Assembly (NCBI GenBank): GCA_964013405.1
Contig: CAXGWI010000008.1
Span: 1-63,464, forward strand
DNA: 63,464 nucleotides
Reading direction: 5' to 3'
From: an uncultured Myxococcales bacterium
GTDB taxonomy: Bacteria > Myxococcota > UBA4151
Position numbers and translations under genes: made by a program. This document shows, piece by piece, positions 9,766 through 20,102 of this stretch. Numbering within the stretch: position 1 is the first letter of the stretch; every line of letters starts with the position of its first letter. Under the pieces are notes generated by a model that worked only from the letters and a program-made list of their open reading frames with translations, was not told the DNA's origin and did not search any database.

Positions 9766-11291
9766 GCACGCTACAAGGCGCGCTGCGTCGCAACCCGCTC
9801 CCTGAGTTAATGATGGAGGTCCGCTCTCTGCGTGCGACCGGCCCCCTTGAACTGCTCACGGGTGGCGGCATGAAGTTGAATACGCTGCACCTCCGCAGCG
9901 GGCGTCTTATGCGCATCGACGGTCGGATTACCGATTTTGAAGCCGAAGACCTCGGGGTTGTGCTCACGACCCGTTTCGATGTCTCACCCTCGCTGATCGA
10001 TCAGGCTCGAGCCCGCATCCAAGGCGTTGAGGGCTTCACGCTGAGTTCGGCCCTCATCGAAATGGGCGGCGTCAAGCGGGGTATTATTCACCGGGCCCTC
10101 GATGAGAGTCTGCGGCAACAAGTGGAGGCCTTGCTGCTCGATAAAGGCGACGCCATGCGGTATGCTTTTTCAGCCCTCACGGAAGGGCCTCCCACAGCCT
10201 ATCAGGGGCTCGACCTGGCACTCCCGGTAGCCGCCCACGTTTTGCTGCGCGGTGATTTGGACGAGTGCCGTTACCAACTCAGGCAGGTCGCAGCCCTGCA
10301 GCGCCATCCCAAACTGGTGGTCGAATCCCTGGCGGATCGCTTTCAATTGGGTATCCAGGATCGGGTGCTATTGGAGCTCCTGACGGTCCCCAGACGGCCC
10401 AGCGACCTCATGGACGCCGATCTAGAGGACCAAGATCGTACGGCTCGGCTGCTACGAGCGCTCAAGTTGATCGGCATGCTCCGGTCCGCCCCAGAAGACC
10501 GGGTCCGGGCCGTCGTGCCATTAGAGATTCGCAGGATCTACAAAGCGCTGCCTCAGTGGGTCAAAAGCGGCCCGACTGCGACCGAGGTCGAAGAGATTCT
10601 CACCGAGGAGCAGGCGGCCTTTCTTGAGGAGGTCGAGGGGAAGCAAGCACTGGATCTCTTCACCCTCTTCGATGTGCCTCAAGATTGTACCGAACGGCAG
10701 GTCAGCGAGGCCTTCGTCGAACTGGCTCAGAAGTGGCACCCAGACCGAGGCGTCGACCTCCCCTATGTCATCAAAGATGCGCTGACGAAACTGTTCGCCA
10801 AAATCAATGACGGTCGGGACATGCTCTTAGATGAAACGACCCGAAACAACTACATCGGCACCCTCGAGAATCGGGCCGGTGCTGCAGAAGCGATGCACGT
10901 GGAGCAGAGTCCCGAAGTGTCAGCGCTCGAGACAGCAAAAGCCAAGGTCTTCATTCGCAAAAAGGACTTTCGCTCAGCCCGAGCCCACCTTCGCCGGGCC
11001 CGCCAACTCGATACGAGCAACCGGGAGGCGCAACGACTCCTCGCCGTGGTGGTTCTCACCGACGACAGCAGCCGCCCGAAAGCCCGAGAAGATGCACTGG
11101 CCTTCTTGACGGAGCATTTTCCCAGCCACCACGACACCAGTTATTATGCGGGTCTGGACGCGATGAAAAAGGGTCTACAGAAGAAGGCGGAGCGCCTTTT
11201 TAAAGACACTCTAGAGACCTACCCGGGTCACCGAGAAGCTGCCCGCTATCTCCGACTCTTTAAGATGCGGGACGCTCAGGGTCCGGGATGA
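9762..11291 (+). CDS. J-domain (DnaJ-like) protein with DUF4388-like N-terminus and TPR-like C-terminus
   Basis: DLFTLFDVP...EAFVELAQKWHPDR...FAKINDG is a J domain with an intact HPD motif. GTGA overlap start; helical repeats at the C-terminus. Confidence 0.7.
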   Translation: MSTLQGALRRNPLPELMMEVRSLRATGPLELLTGGGMKLNTLHLRSGRLMRIDGRITDFEAEDLGVVLTTRFDVSPSLIDQARARIQGVEGFTLSSALIEMGGVKRGIIHRALDESLRQQVEALLLDKGDAMRYAFSALTEGPPTAYQGLDLALPVAAHVLLRGDLDECRYQLRQVAALQRHPKLVVESLADRFQLGIQDRVLLELLTVPRRPSDLMDADLEDQDRTARLLRALKLIGMLRSAPEDRVRAVVPLEIRRIYKALPQWVKSGPTATEVEEILTEEQAAFLEEVEGKQALDLFTLFDVPQDCTERQVSEAFVELAQKWHPDRGVDLPYVIKDALTKLFAKINDGRDMLLDETTRNNYIGTLENRAGAAEAMHVEQSPEVSALETAKAKVFIRKKDFRSARAHLRRARQLDTSNREAQRLLAVVVLTDDSSRPKAREDALAFLTEHFPSHHDTSYYAGLDAMKKGLQKKAERLFKDTLETYPGHREAARYLRLFKMRDAQGPG

Positions 11292-11994
11292 TCGCCCTTC
11301 GCATGGGCCCCGGGAGATAAGGCCCGAGTCGCAGCCCCCGCAGTTGCACGGCTGCGACGCCAAAGCCAAGCACCCCGCCGACCACGACATCTGCTATCCA
11401 GTGTTGTTTCACGAACATGGTGGAAATGGAGATTGCGATTCCCAGGATGAAATAGGCCACCCCTGGTAGGCGACGGAAGCGGCAAAGCCCCCACAGGCCG
11501 GAATAACAACACAAAGAGACATGGAGGCTGGGCAAACAGTTCCCCCGCCCGTCCACGGTGTAATAAACACTGAGCCCCCAATTGCTCCAACCGGTCCCGA
11601 GACTCTCGGGGCGGAGGCCCGCCGTCGTCACGGGAAACACCAGGAAGATGGCGAATGCGATCAAGCAGATCAAAGTAAAGCCAGCGGCTAACTCAGCGTA
11701 TTCTCGCCCCTCCCGCGTGCCAAGGATCAAGGCCATCGGCATGGGCACGTTCAAGGCGTAGATCCAGACCCAGGCTGGGGTCAGCGGGATGGCGTAGTCC
11801 CAGGCTGTCGAGACATCGAAGGCCCGACTCGAGTCGGCCGTAATACCGTGATTGATGAGCAAATAGATCGCGATCAGAACGATCATCAGTGTGAGGCCCA
11901 CCACAAGGCGCTGTTTCAGTGATGGCTCAGGTCGGGCTAGACTCTCATCAGATTCGGGCCGATGAACATCATGAGGAGCTTCCGCTTGCCACAT
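11260..11994 (-). CDS. PAP2-superfamily membrane phosphatase/phosphotransferase (Aur1/IPC-synthase-like)
   Basis: NCLPSLH and STMFVKQHWIADV motifs; several TM segments. Start uncertain because it overlaps the divergent gene. Confidence 0.75.
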   Translation of the reverse strand: MWQAEAPHDVHRPESDESLARPEPSLKQRLVVGLTLMIVLIAIYLLINHGITADSSRAFDVSTAWDYAIPLTPAWVWIYALNVPMPMALILGTREGREYAELAAGFTLICLIAFAIFLVFPVTTAGLRPESLGTGWSNWGLSVYYTVDGRGNCLPSLHVSLCCYSGLWGLCRFRRLPGVAYFILGIAISISTMFVKQHWIADVVVGGVLGFGVAAVQLRGLRLGPYLPGPMRRAIIPDPERPAS

Positions 11995-12975
11995 TTTCGC
12001 CTCATGTTTCTCAGTCTAGGATGCCTCAGCACAGCCTGTGCGAGTACGGGGCCTGTGGAGTTCAGTGTCCAACAGCCGCAGAATTCGGTCAACTCATTGC
12101 TCGTGCTTCCTGCTCAGTTCACGAGCTTCCCCGTGGGCGGGCGAGAGTTGTGGCAGATCAACCGGCTCATTACACGGGGCTTAGCTCGCCACGGTTCGCT
12201 GGCGATCATCGACAGCCGAGAACTGACTCTGAAGGAGGACCAGGACCTCCCCATGCCGGTCGCGAACTTGCTCACGCAGTCGGACCTTGAGAGCCTGCTC
12301 TCATGGGCCGAGACGTCTGCGGCAAAGACCCTTGTCGTCAGTCCGCTGGTTGTCCGTCACACGCGGCGGGTGACACGAAAGCGGTCTGGAGCGGTGCAGG
12401 CCGGCATGGAGGTCACCGTGTCCGTCACTCTTGAACTTCGCCAGATTTCAAGCCCAGAGCAACTGCTGGGTGTCGTGTCTTTTGAGTCGAAAACCCCGGC
12501 ATTTTACATCCCCGCCGAAGGGGAAGACCCGGCCGAGTCTCTGTTCGCGGCTGTTCGAGGAGCTACTCAAGAATTGGTCCGGCGACTGCGCCCCCTGCGA
12601 GGCCCCTCCCAAGCCAAGGTCAACTGGCTGAAGGACAACTTGGCGCTGATGGCCCGCATGGACAGCACCCAGGTTCGTTCGGTCTTGGCTGTCCCCAATG
12701 AAATCGAGCGGCTGACTCAGGTCTCCTTTCTCGCAGACCTCGCCTTCGGTCAGTTGCGGGGACGGGAGGTCGAAAAGCGCTTAGAAAGCCCGCCAGGGCT
12801 GCGGGTGGTCGTGCCTTACGGTCAGCACCTAAAGGTCGGCGATGTGATCACAGAGATCGGGGGCAGACCCGCTGTGAGTCCCTTTCAAATGGCCCGAATG
12901 GTCAAAGTTCGCCGAAGCCACCTTCAAGTCCTGCGGGAAGACAAATTGGTCGACGTCACCCTGCCGCAGGAATGA
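11962..12975 (+). CDS. Hypothetical lipoprotein with C-terminal PDZ-like segment
   Basis: Lipobox-like LSTAC; C-terminal LKVGDVITEIGGRP...LQVLRE resembles PDZ. Start uncertain. Confidence 0.5.
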   Translation: MNIMRSFRLPHFRLMFLSLGCLSTACASTGPVEFSVQQPQNSVNSLLVLPAQFTSFPVGGRELWQINRLITRGLARHGSLAIIDSRELTLKEDQDLPMPVANLLTQSDLESLLSWAETSAAKTLVVSPLVVRHTRRVTRKRSGAVQAGMEVTVSVTLELRQISSPEQLLGVVSFESKTPAFYIPAEGEDPAESLFAAVRGATQELVRRLRPLRGPSQAKVNWLKDNLALMARMDSTQVRSVLAVPNEIERLTQVSFLADLAFGQLRGREVEKRLESPPGLRVVVPYGQHLKVGDVITEIGGRPAVSPFQMARMVKVRRSHLQVLREDKLVDVTLPQE

Positions 12976-12993
12976 TCGAAACGGCCTGATCGA

Positions 12994-13590
12994 CTAGAGA
13001 GGCTGTCGCCCCTCAAGAGCCCGTTGCAAGGTGGGGCCATCGACGTACTCCAGATCCCCACCCGCTGGCAGGCCCCGGGCCAAGCGAGTGACTTCGACCA
13101 TCGGGCTCAGGAGTCCGGCCAAGTAGATCGCTGTCGCTTCGCCTTCCACACTCGCCCCGGTGGCGACCACGACCTCTTCGATGGGTACTTCGCCGGGAAA
13201 CCGGGCGAGCAGCTCACGAATCTTCAGTTCCTCGGGCCCCACCCCATCGAGGGGAGCGAGGACCCCATGCAGCACATGATAGACACCGTTCCAGGCACCG
13301 CTGTTTTCGAGGACGGTCACATCTTGGGGCCCTTGAACCACGCAGATCCTCGCCTGGTCCCGGCGCCCATCAGCGCAACGACTACAAAGACTCGCCCGAG
13401 CATAGTTCTGACAGCGAGTACATAGATTGGTTTCTTGCACCAACTCGGTCAGCGCATCGGCCAACTCGAGGCCGTAGCCCTCGCCCTTGCGGAGCATGTG
13501 ATAGGCATGCCGAGTCGCGGTCTTTCGGCCCACACCAGGTAGCCGGCTCAGGAGCTCGATCACCCGCTCGAGGGGTTCGCCACCGGACAC
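12994..13590 (-). CDS. recR: Recombination mediator RecR
   Basis: LPGVGRKTATR HhH, C4 zinc finger, YHVLHGVLAPLDG, EGEATA, G.DLEYVD..TL..AL.GR. Confidence 0.97.
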   Translation of the reverse strand: MSGGEPLERVIELLSRLPGVGRKTATRHAYHMLRKGEGYGLELADALTELVQETNLCTRCQNYARASLCSRCADGRRDQARICVVQGPQDVTVLENSGAWNGVYHVLHGVLAPLDGVGPEELKIRELLARFPGEVPIEEVVVATGASVEGEATAIYLAGLLSPMVEVTRLARGLPAGGDLEYVDGPTLQRALEGRQPL

Positions 13591-13601
13591 TTAGGCTGAT
13601 C

Positions 13602-15239
13602 CTAGTTGATGGCCAGTTGTGCCTGTTCGAGCCCAGTCGAGCCTCGGTCGCCCACCGCGGGCTCAGCGCTCAACACCGCCTCGCTGCAACCTTCTGCAAA
13701 GCTGGCGAAGTTCTCGATGAACATCTGCGCGAGGCGGTCGGCCTGAGCGTCGTAGGCAGCCCCCGAATCCCAGGTCTTGCGAGGATGCAAAATCTGACTC
13801 GGCACACCGGGGCAGGCCGTCGGGATTTCAAAATCGAAGCGCTCAAAACGCTGGAAGCTTTGGGCGTTCAACGTGCCATCAAGGCAGGCGTTAAGGAGTC
13901 GGCGCGTCCACTTGATGCTGATCCGCTCGCCGTCACCATAGGCCCCCCGAATCCAACCGGTGTTGAGGAGCCAAACCTGGGCTCCACTCTCCTCGATCTT
14001 CTTGGCGAGAAGGTCCGCATAGACGCTGGGGTGACGAGGCATAAAGGGTGCACCAAAGCAGGCAGAGAAGGCCGGCTGGGGCTCTTTCACGCCGATCTCG
14101 GTGCCGGCGACTTTCGCTGTGTAGCCACTGATGAAGTGATAGGCCGCTTGATCGGCGGTGAGGCGACTCACAGGCGGCAACACACCAAAGGCGTCACAGG
14201 TCAGAAAGACGACGTTTTGGGGAACTCCCGCCCGTCCGCTCGGCTCACGATTCTCGATGAACTCCAGCGGGTAGGAGCCTCGAGTGTTCTCCGTGAGGCG
14301 CCCATCGTCGAAGTCCGGTACGCCGTTGGCATCCAAGATCACATTTTCAAGCACGGTGCCGAATCGGCGGGAGGTGGCGAAAATCTCGGGCTCTGCCTCA
14401 GCGGAGAGGCGAATCATTTTGGCGTAGCAGCCGCCCTCAAAGTTAAAGACACCATCGTCGGACCAGCCGTGCTCGTCGTCACCGACGAGGGCCCGATGCG
14501 GGTCGGCGGACAAGGTGGTCTTCCCCGTGCCCGACAGACCGAAGAAGACCGCCGTATTGTTACCCGTGGTATTCGCAGAGCAATGCATGGGTAGAACGCC
14601 TTCGCCCGGCAGTTGCAGGTTCATGGCGCTGAAGATGCTCTTCTTGATCTCGCCGGCGTAGCGGGTCCCACAGATCAGGACGAGCTTCTCACCGGGGTGA
14701 AAGAGCACAGCAACTTCACTGTTGAGGCCCAAGTCCTGCCAATCTTCGAGACGGAGCAACGGCGCATGAAGCACCGTGTACTCGGGCACGTGGGTCGCCA
14801 AATCTCCGGTGGAGGGGGCGATGAACATGTTGCGAGCGAAGGCGTTGTGCCAGGCCGTATGGGTCACGACCCGACACTTGAGGCCGTAGGTCGTATCAGC
14901 GCCACAGAGGAGATCCTGGACGAAGAGGGTCTCTTTGGCGTTCAGCACATCGAGAACCCGCTGCCGAATCACATCGAATCGCTCTTGGGTGAAGGGACGA
15001 TTCACGGTGCCATCCCACCAGATCAGATCTTCGGTTCCTGGCTCAACGACCGTGAACTTGTCCTTGGCGCTGCGCCCAGTCCGGTCACCGGTTTCTGTGA
15101 CGAATGCGCCATGACGGCTCAACGTGCCCTCGCCCCGCTCGATGGCCAGGTTCAGGAGTTCAAATTGCTGCAGGTTCCAGCGTACGTCGCCACTGGGCTC
15201 AAGACCATGATTCTCGAGGCCGTAATTGCTGTGTTGCAT
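13602..15239 (-). CDS. pckA: Phosphoenolpyruvate carboxykinase (ATP)
   Basis: TGRSAKDKF, YAGEIKK, MHCSAN, FFGLSGTGKTTLS, GDDEHGW, FNFEGGCYAK, ENTR. Confidence 0.97.
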   Translation of the reverse strand: MQHSNYGLENHGLEPSGDVRWNLQQFELLNLAIERGEGTLSRHGAFVTETGDRTGRSAKDKFTVVEPGTEDLIWWDGTVNRPFTQERFDVIRQRVLDVLNAKETLFVQDLLCGADTTYGLKCRVVTHTAWHNAFARNMFIAPSTGDLATHVPEYTVLHAPLLRLEDWQDLGLNSEVAVLFHPGEKLVLICGTRYAGEIKKSIFSAMNLQLPGEGVLPMHCSANTTGNNTAVFFGLSGTGKTTLSADPHRALVGDDEHGWSDDGVFNFEGGCYAKMIRLSAEAEPEIFATSRRFGTVLENVILDANGVPDFDDGRLTENTRGSYPLEFIENREPSGRAGVPQNVVFLTCDAFGVLPPVSRLTADQAAYHFISGYTAKVAGTEIGVKEPQPAFSACFGAPFMPRHPSVYADLLAKKIEESGAQVWLLNTGWIRGAYGDGERISIKWTRRLLNACLDGTLNAQSFQRFERFDFEIPTACPGVPSQILHPRKTWDSGAAYDAQADRLAQMFIENFASFAEGCSEAVLSAEPAVGDRGSTGLEQAQLAIN

Positions 15240-15371
15240 CCCACCCTCCCCCTTCGTGTGACACGAAGTGTAAGGCGCCTATCAGGGACCTAAGAAAAGG
15301 CAACGCTGAAGCGACAGGATGGTGTCACGAGTTGATCAGGACCTGGCCCCCTGGGCCCTCAGCCCAGCGAT

Positions 15372-16160
15372 CTATGCCGGTGATGCCTGACCTTCTGCTG
15401 CCAGAATATTAAAGCCTGCATCCACGTGGGTGACTTCGCCGGTGATCCCCGTGTTGGCCAGCAGGAAGGCTGCCGCCTGGGCGACCTCCTCCGTCGTGAT
15501 ATGGCGGCGCAACGGCATCACATGTTCCGATTTTCGCATCAACTCCCGGAAGCCAGGGATGCCGGCCGCTGCCAGGGTTCGGACTGGGCCTGCGCTCAAG
15601 CAATTCACCCGGATGTTTTCCGGGCCCAGGTCGTTGGCAAGATATCGGGCTGTGATCTCAAGACTGGCCTTCGCCACGCCCATGAGACTGTACATTGGCA
15701 CCACCTTCTCGGCGCCGAAGTAGGTCATTGCCAGGACACTGCCACCGTCACCTGCGGCCAGCAGCGGACGCAGGCTTCGGCAGAGCGGAATCAGGCTGTA
15801 GGCACTGATCTGATGGGCTTGGAGAAAGTCGGTCTCGGTGATCTCGTGGAAGGGGCTATCGAAGGCCTCCTTGTTGGCAAACGCGATGCTGTGCAGCGCG
15901 TAATCCAGGCCTCCGAAATCCGAAGCCAAGCCTGCTGCCAGGGCATCAAAGTGCGCTTCGTTGGTGACATCTAACTCGTAGTAATGGGAGACGCCGAGGC
16001 TTTCGCCCAGCTTCCGGACGCCCCCTTCCAGGCGCTCCGTTTGGTAGGTGAAGGCCATCTCACAGCCCGCGCTGTGCAGGGCCTGGGCGATGGCCCATGC
16101 AATGCTCCGCTTGTTGGCAACACCCGTCACCAGCGCCTTTTTTCCCGTCAGGTCTAGCAT
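15372..16160 (-). CDS. fabI: Enoyl-ACP reductase (NADH)
   Basis: GVANKRSIAW, HSIAFA, ISAYSL, MGVAKASLE, RVNCLSAGPVRTLAA. Start trimmed to ATG 16160 (AGGAGG RBS). Confidence 0.95.
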   Translation of the reverse strand: MLDLTGKKALVTGVANKRSIAWAIAQALHSAGCEMAFTYQTERLEGGVRKLGESLGVSHYYELDVTNEAHFDALAAGLASDFGGLDYALHSIAFANKEAFDSPFHEITETDFLQAHQISAYSLIPLCRSLRPLLAAGDGGSVLAMTYFGAEKVVPMYSLMGVAKASLEITARYLANDLGPENIRVNCLSAGPVRTLAAAGIPGFRELMRKSEHVMPLRRHITTEEVAQAAAFLLANTGITGEVTHVDAGFNILAAEGQASPA

Positions 16161-16330
16161 CGCAAATCCTCCCTTTTGCTGGGGGCCCCTATCGCCCTGT
16201 CCCATGGGCAGCAAGGAGGAAGAAGACGTCGGTGAAACCGGCGCCAAAACCGGAATCGACGATTCGAGCGCATCTCGCTAGGCGGCCCCTGTGCTTGCGG
16301 CTAGTATGCCCTCAGGAAAGGACAGCTTTC

Positions 16331-19300
16331 ATGCGAATCCACCTCATGAGCGTTGTAGCGTGTGTCGCTGCCTGTAGCGCCCCGTTGCCCGAGCTCGTTA
16401 CGACTCCGACCCCTGGGCTGGCATCCCTTGACCTGCGGGGTCAGTATGAAACTGGCGTAGAGGGCACCATCGCGACCCTGCCGCTGAGCGGCGCCCGGGT
16501 GGAGCTGGTTGGGGTCGGACTGGTGACCCACACAGACGCCTACGGTGAATTCAGTTTTCTCGGCATTCCTGTCGAGGCTTTGTCCCATCGACTCGAGTTC
16601 CTTGTCTTCGATGCTCAGGCTCTGGAGTCGGACCCGCCGATCGGCCGTTTCGTTGAAACCATCAGCAGCACCGCAGTTGGCTCGGTGACCTTTACGAAAA
16701 AGGTTGTGAACCCCCGAGGTGCCGTCACCGGCCGGGTGGACTTGGTGGGTGACGACAACGATGGCGGCGTTCTGGTCTATGCCGAAGGCTTCCCCGGTGT
16801 TGACGACTTGACCGGACCCGACGGCAGCTTTGTTCTGCTGGGAATTCCCGCCGGGAGCGTTCAAATCCGCAGCAATCGGGAGGGCTTTCTTCCGAGCCCA
16901 GAGGTGGTGGATTTTGAGGCCCAGGCCTATCTTCAGCGCACACTCGACAACCCCATCATCCTCAACCCCGTGCCGGGGCAACCGGCGACAGCGATCACTG
17001 GCGGGCGGGTCCTCACCGTCGATGGGACGATCCCCGACGGGACCGAAGTCTGGGCCATCCCCCAGATTAGTGGTGGCGTGGGCCAAGCGATGGTTCGCAT
17101 GCCGGTGAGCAGCGACGGCCGCTTCGGGGCCGCTTTACACTTCCCCGAACCCCACCAGTTCGTGCTCAAGTCCGGTGGTCAGTTGACCGCTGCACGGCGC
17201 TTGCACGTCCAGCCCGGGCGCCAAGACCTCGTGCTGGTCGGGCTCCCCCTTGGCGACAGGGAGGAAGACCGAGATGGCGATGGACGCGTGGGGGCCGAGG
17301 ACGTGGATGACACGGACCCCCACACTTGGTCCGATCTGGATGGCGACGGGCTTGGGGATATCCATGACTGGGACGACGATGGCGACGAGGTGGCGGACAT
17401 GGAGGAGCTGTGTCCGGGAAGGGACAATCAAACCTCCGATCCAGAGGAAGCTGACACGGGCGCCTTCAGGGGCAACCCGGGCGACGATGTGACCGTCCGC
17501 TTAGCCGGTGGCGAGGGCCATTTTTGGGGTAACGGCCGAGCCCTACTAAGCGAAATCACTGACCCCACAGCCGGTTTCCTGGAGCCCTTCCAAGTCCGCC
17601 TCGACAAGCGACGCGATGATTTTGGTACCCGGCTGCTTCATGGGCCCTATCGAATCGCTCCAGTGGAGGGTGGCCGCCTTGAATTCCGAGCCTTTGGCTA
17701 CCTTGGGAATGCCGACGACACGATCGAAGCCGTCACCATGCCTGCCGAACTCTGCGATGAATGGTCCGAGCGCCGCTGCAGCCCAGCGTTCGGGGATCTC
17801 AACATCAGCGCCTCGGGCCAGGGGATTGCCCAGCATCCACTGACCTTATCCCCTACGGGACGGGGACGTTTCAAAATACAAATGCCCCTGGAGTTGACCG
17901 AGCCAACACTCATCTGGGTCTGGTTACCCGGTGGCGGCGCCATAACGCCCCTCTGTGGCAACGGCACGGTCGATGCCGGCGAGGTCTGCGATGACGGCAA
18001 CGATCAGGAGGACGATGATTGCACCACTGTATGTCGACGCCCCACCTGTGGCGACGGCCTCATGCAGCCGGGCCTGGAGGAGGGCTGTGACGATGGCAAT
18101 GGGGATCCCAGCGATGCTTGCACCAACCAATGCCAGCCAGCCCGCTGCGGCGATGGCATCCTGCGAACGGGACTCACGGAGGATGATCCAGGCTACGAGG
18201 CCTGCGACGATGGGAACGCGGACGATGGCGATGGCTGTGACGCGGAGTGTGCCTTAGAGGCAGGTGGTGAGTGCATCGATGCCGATGGGGATCAGCATGG
18301 AGAGGGCTGTGAAAATGGTCCCGACTGCAATGACAATGAGGCGTCTCTGCAGGACAATTGCGATGAGTGCGGCAATGGCGTTCTTGAAGTCCGTGCCGGT
18401 GAAAGTTGCGATGATGGCAACCAAGCCGACGGCGATGGTTGCTCCTCCAATTGTCGAGTTGAAGAAGCCCAGCAGTGTGTTGATCCTGACGGCGATGGCT
18501 TCGGCCATGGCTGTGCCAATGGTCCCGACTGTAACGAACAAAACCCAGAACAGCATGACGACTGTGACCGCTGCGGCAACGGCTTTGTCGAAGACGGCGA
18601 AACCTGTGACGATGGCAACGTCGTCGCCAACGATGGCTGCGATCCAGACTGTCAACTTGAGCAGGCTTGCGGCAACGATGTGATCGAGGGGGATGAGTTT
18701 TGCGACGACGGCAACACGCGGGATGGGGATGGCTGCGCTTCCGACTGCTCTAGCCCCGTCTTGGTGCCGCTCTCCGTTGGGGCCAGCTACAGTTGTCGAG
18801 TTGGTGATGGTAGCCAGCCTGCCCCCATCAGCTGTTGGGGCCAACTCTTTGGCGATGGGGGACAGCCCGACAGTTCCCCTGTGGTGAAGAGCGAATGGCC
18901 TGTTCATCAGGTCAGCTTAGGGGGCGATCACGGCTGCGTCATTAGAGCGGGAGGCGGGCAAAATGGCCAAGTCTACTGTTTTGGTATCAATCTCCAGCGA
19001 CAACTCGGTCAGTCTGGGCAGGGCGGTCGAGACCTCGGGAACCTCCCCCTCTACGCCGAGCACATGGAGGAGCCAATGGTCGCGACGAAGGTCGCCTCCG
19101 GTGCAAACCACAGTTGCGCACTGACGCCCGCGGGTGATGTCTATTGCTGGGGCGCCAACGACGAAGGCCAATCGGGTCAATTCGATGGAGACGGGGAGCC
19201 AAGCCCTGCATCCAACGTGCCGGTTCCAACAGGCGTCGATCTGAACGGAGAGGCGGTCGACATCGCCGTCGGCGCCAACCACAGTTGCGCCCTCATGAGG

Positions 19301-19984
19301 AGTGGCGTGATGAAATGCTGGGGCTTCGCTGAAACCAACGCGCTGGGGCGCCCCGCAGCGGGGCAAGACGCCTGCGCAGGGCGAACAGACGAACGCACGG
19401 TCGGCGAGGTGGAGGGCTTGCCCGAAAACGACGCCGTCCACATGATGACTGGCGGCGCAGCCCACACCTGCACACTCATGGTCAGCGGCAGCATCTACTG
19501 CTGGGGTGATGATTCGTCCGGTGCGCTGGGCCACGGCCAAGGTGGCTGTCAGACAGACCCAGTCCCCCAGCCCGTCACCATGGACACCGGCTGGGAGCAG
19601 ATCGCCCACTTCAGCCATGTTTCTGCTGGCAATGAGCTCACCTGTGCCCTGGGCTGGTGGGATCAGGATGCCAATGCGGAGAACAACGACGAGGATTTCG
19701 CCTGGTGCTGGGGGAGCAATCAATCGGGCCAGCTGGGTGTGGCCATCGATGATCCAGATCTTGCCGTTGATGTCCCTTGGGCAGTCGGCGGTGCAGAGAA
19801 CCGGCTACTGCACACGACGTTTCTGGCAACAGGGCTTGGCTTCCATGCCTGCGCGATCACACTGCCGAATCCTGGGGCGGAGACCTCTTGCTGGGGGATG
19901 AGCAACGCGTATCAAGTGGGTAATTGCCAACTTGCGTCGGTTGATCGCCCGGCGAGTGTCACCGAGGTCGCTTGCGGGTTCTAG
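16331..19984 (+). CDS. Giant lipoprotein: carboxypeptidase-regulatory/Ig-like domains, DxDGDG Ca-binding-type repeats, six Myxococcus Cys-rich repeats, C-terminal RCC1 propeller
   Basis: Lipobox VAAC; DRDGDG/DLDGDG/DDDGD motifs; CG(N/D)G...E.CDDGN...DGC...C repeats; HSCA...CWG.N..GQ repeats. Confidence 0.8.
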   Translation: MRIHLMSVVACVAACSAPLPELVTTPTPGLASLDLRGQYETGVEGTIATLPLSGARVELVGVGLVTHTDAYGEFSFLGIPVEALSHRLEFLVFDAQALESDPPIGRFVETISSTAVGSVTFTKKVVNPRGAVTGRVDLVGDDNDGGVLVYAEGFPGVDDLTGPDGSFVLLGIPAGSVQIRSNREGFLPSPEVVDFEAQAYLQRTLDNPIILNPVPGQPATAITGGRVLTVDGTIPDGTEVWAIPQISGGVGQAMVRMPVSSDGRFGAALHFPEPHQFVLKSGGQLTAARRLHVQPGRQDLVLVGLPLGDREEDRDGDGRVGAEDVDDTDPHTWSDLDGDGLGDIHDWDDDGDEVADMEELCPGRDNQTSDPEEADTGAFRGNPGDDVTVRLAGGEGHFWGNGRALLSEITDPTAGFLEPFQVRLDKRRDDFGTRLLHGPYRIAPVEGGRLEFRAFGYLGNADDTIEAVTMPAELCDEWSERRCSPAFGDLNISASGQGIAQHPLTLSPTGRGRFKIQMPLELTEPTLIWVWLPGGGAITPLCGNGTVDAGEVCDDGNDQEDDDCTTVCRRPTCGDGLMQPGLEEGCDDGNGDPSDACTNQCQPARCGDGILRTGLTEDDPGYEACDDGNADDGDGCDAECALEAGGECIDADGDQHGEGCENGPDCNDNEASLQDNCDECGNGVLEVRAGESCDDGNQADGDGCSSNCRVEEAQQCVDPDGDGFGHGCANGPDCNEQNPEQHDDCDRCGNGFVEDGETCDDGNVVANDGCDPDCQLEQACGNDVIEGDEFCDDGNTRDGDGCASDCSSPVLVPLSVGASYSCRVGDGSQPAPISCWGQLFGDGGQPDSSPVVKSEWPVHQVSLGGDHGCVIRAGGGQNGQVYCFGINLQRQLGQSGQGGRDLGNLPLYAEHMEEPMVATKVASGANHSCALTPAGDVYCWGANDEGQSGQFDGDGEPSPASNVPVPTGVDLNGEAVDIAVGANHSCALMRSGVMKCWGFAETNALGRPAAGQDACAGRTDERTVGEVEGLPENDAVHMMTGGAAHTCTLMVSGSIYCWGDDSSGALGHGQGGCQTDPVPQPVTMDTGWEQIAHFSHVSAGNELTCALGWWDQDANAENNDEDFAWCWGSNQSGQLGVAIDDPDLAVDVPWAVGGAENRLLHTTFLATGLGFHACAITLPNPGAETSCWGMSNAYQVGNCQLASVDRPASVTEVACGF
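17954..18748 (+). repeat. Intragenic array of six Myxococcus Cys-rich repeats interrupted by two C.D.DGD..G.GC.NGPDCN units
   Basis: Counted in the translation; degenerate at the DNA level. Confidence 0.8.
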
Positions 19985-20102
19985 TTCCTTCCTGCTCCCA
20001 CCGACGATCCCGCTGCTTCAGCGGCCCCCATAATGCCATCCGATGAACGGGGTCCTTGCGTCGAAGCGATCGGCCCTCTAAGCGGGCGCAGGAGTCGAGA
20101 TC

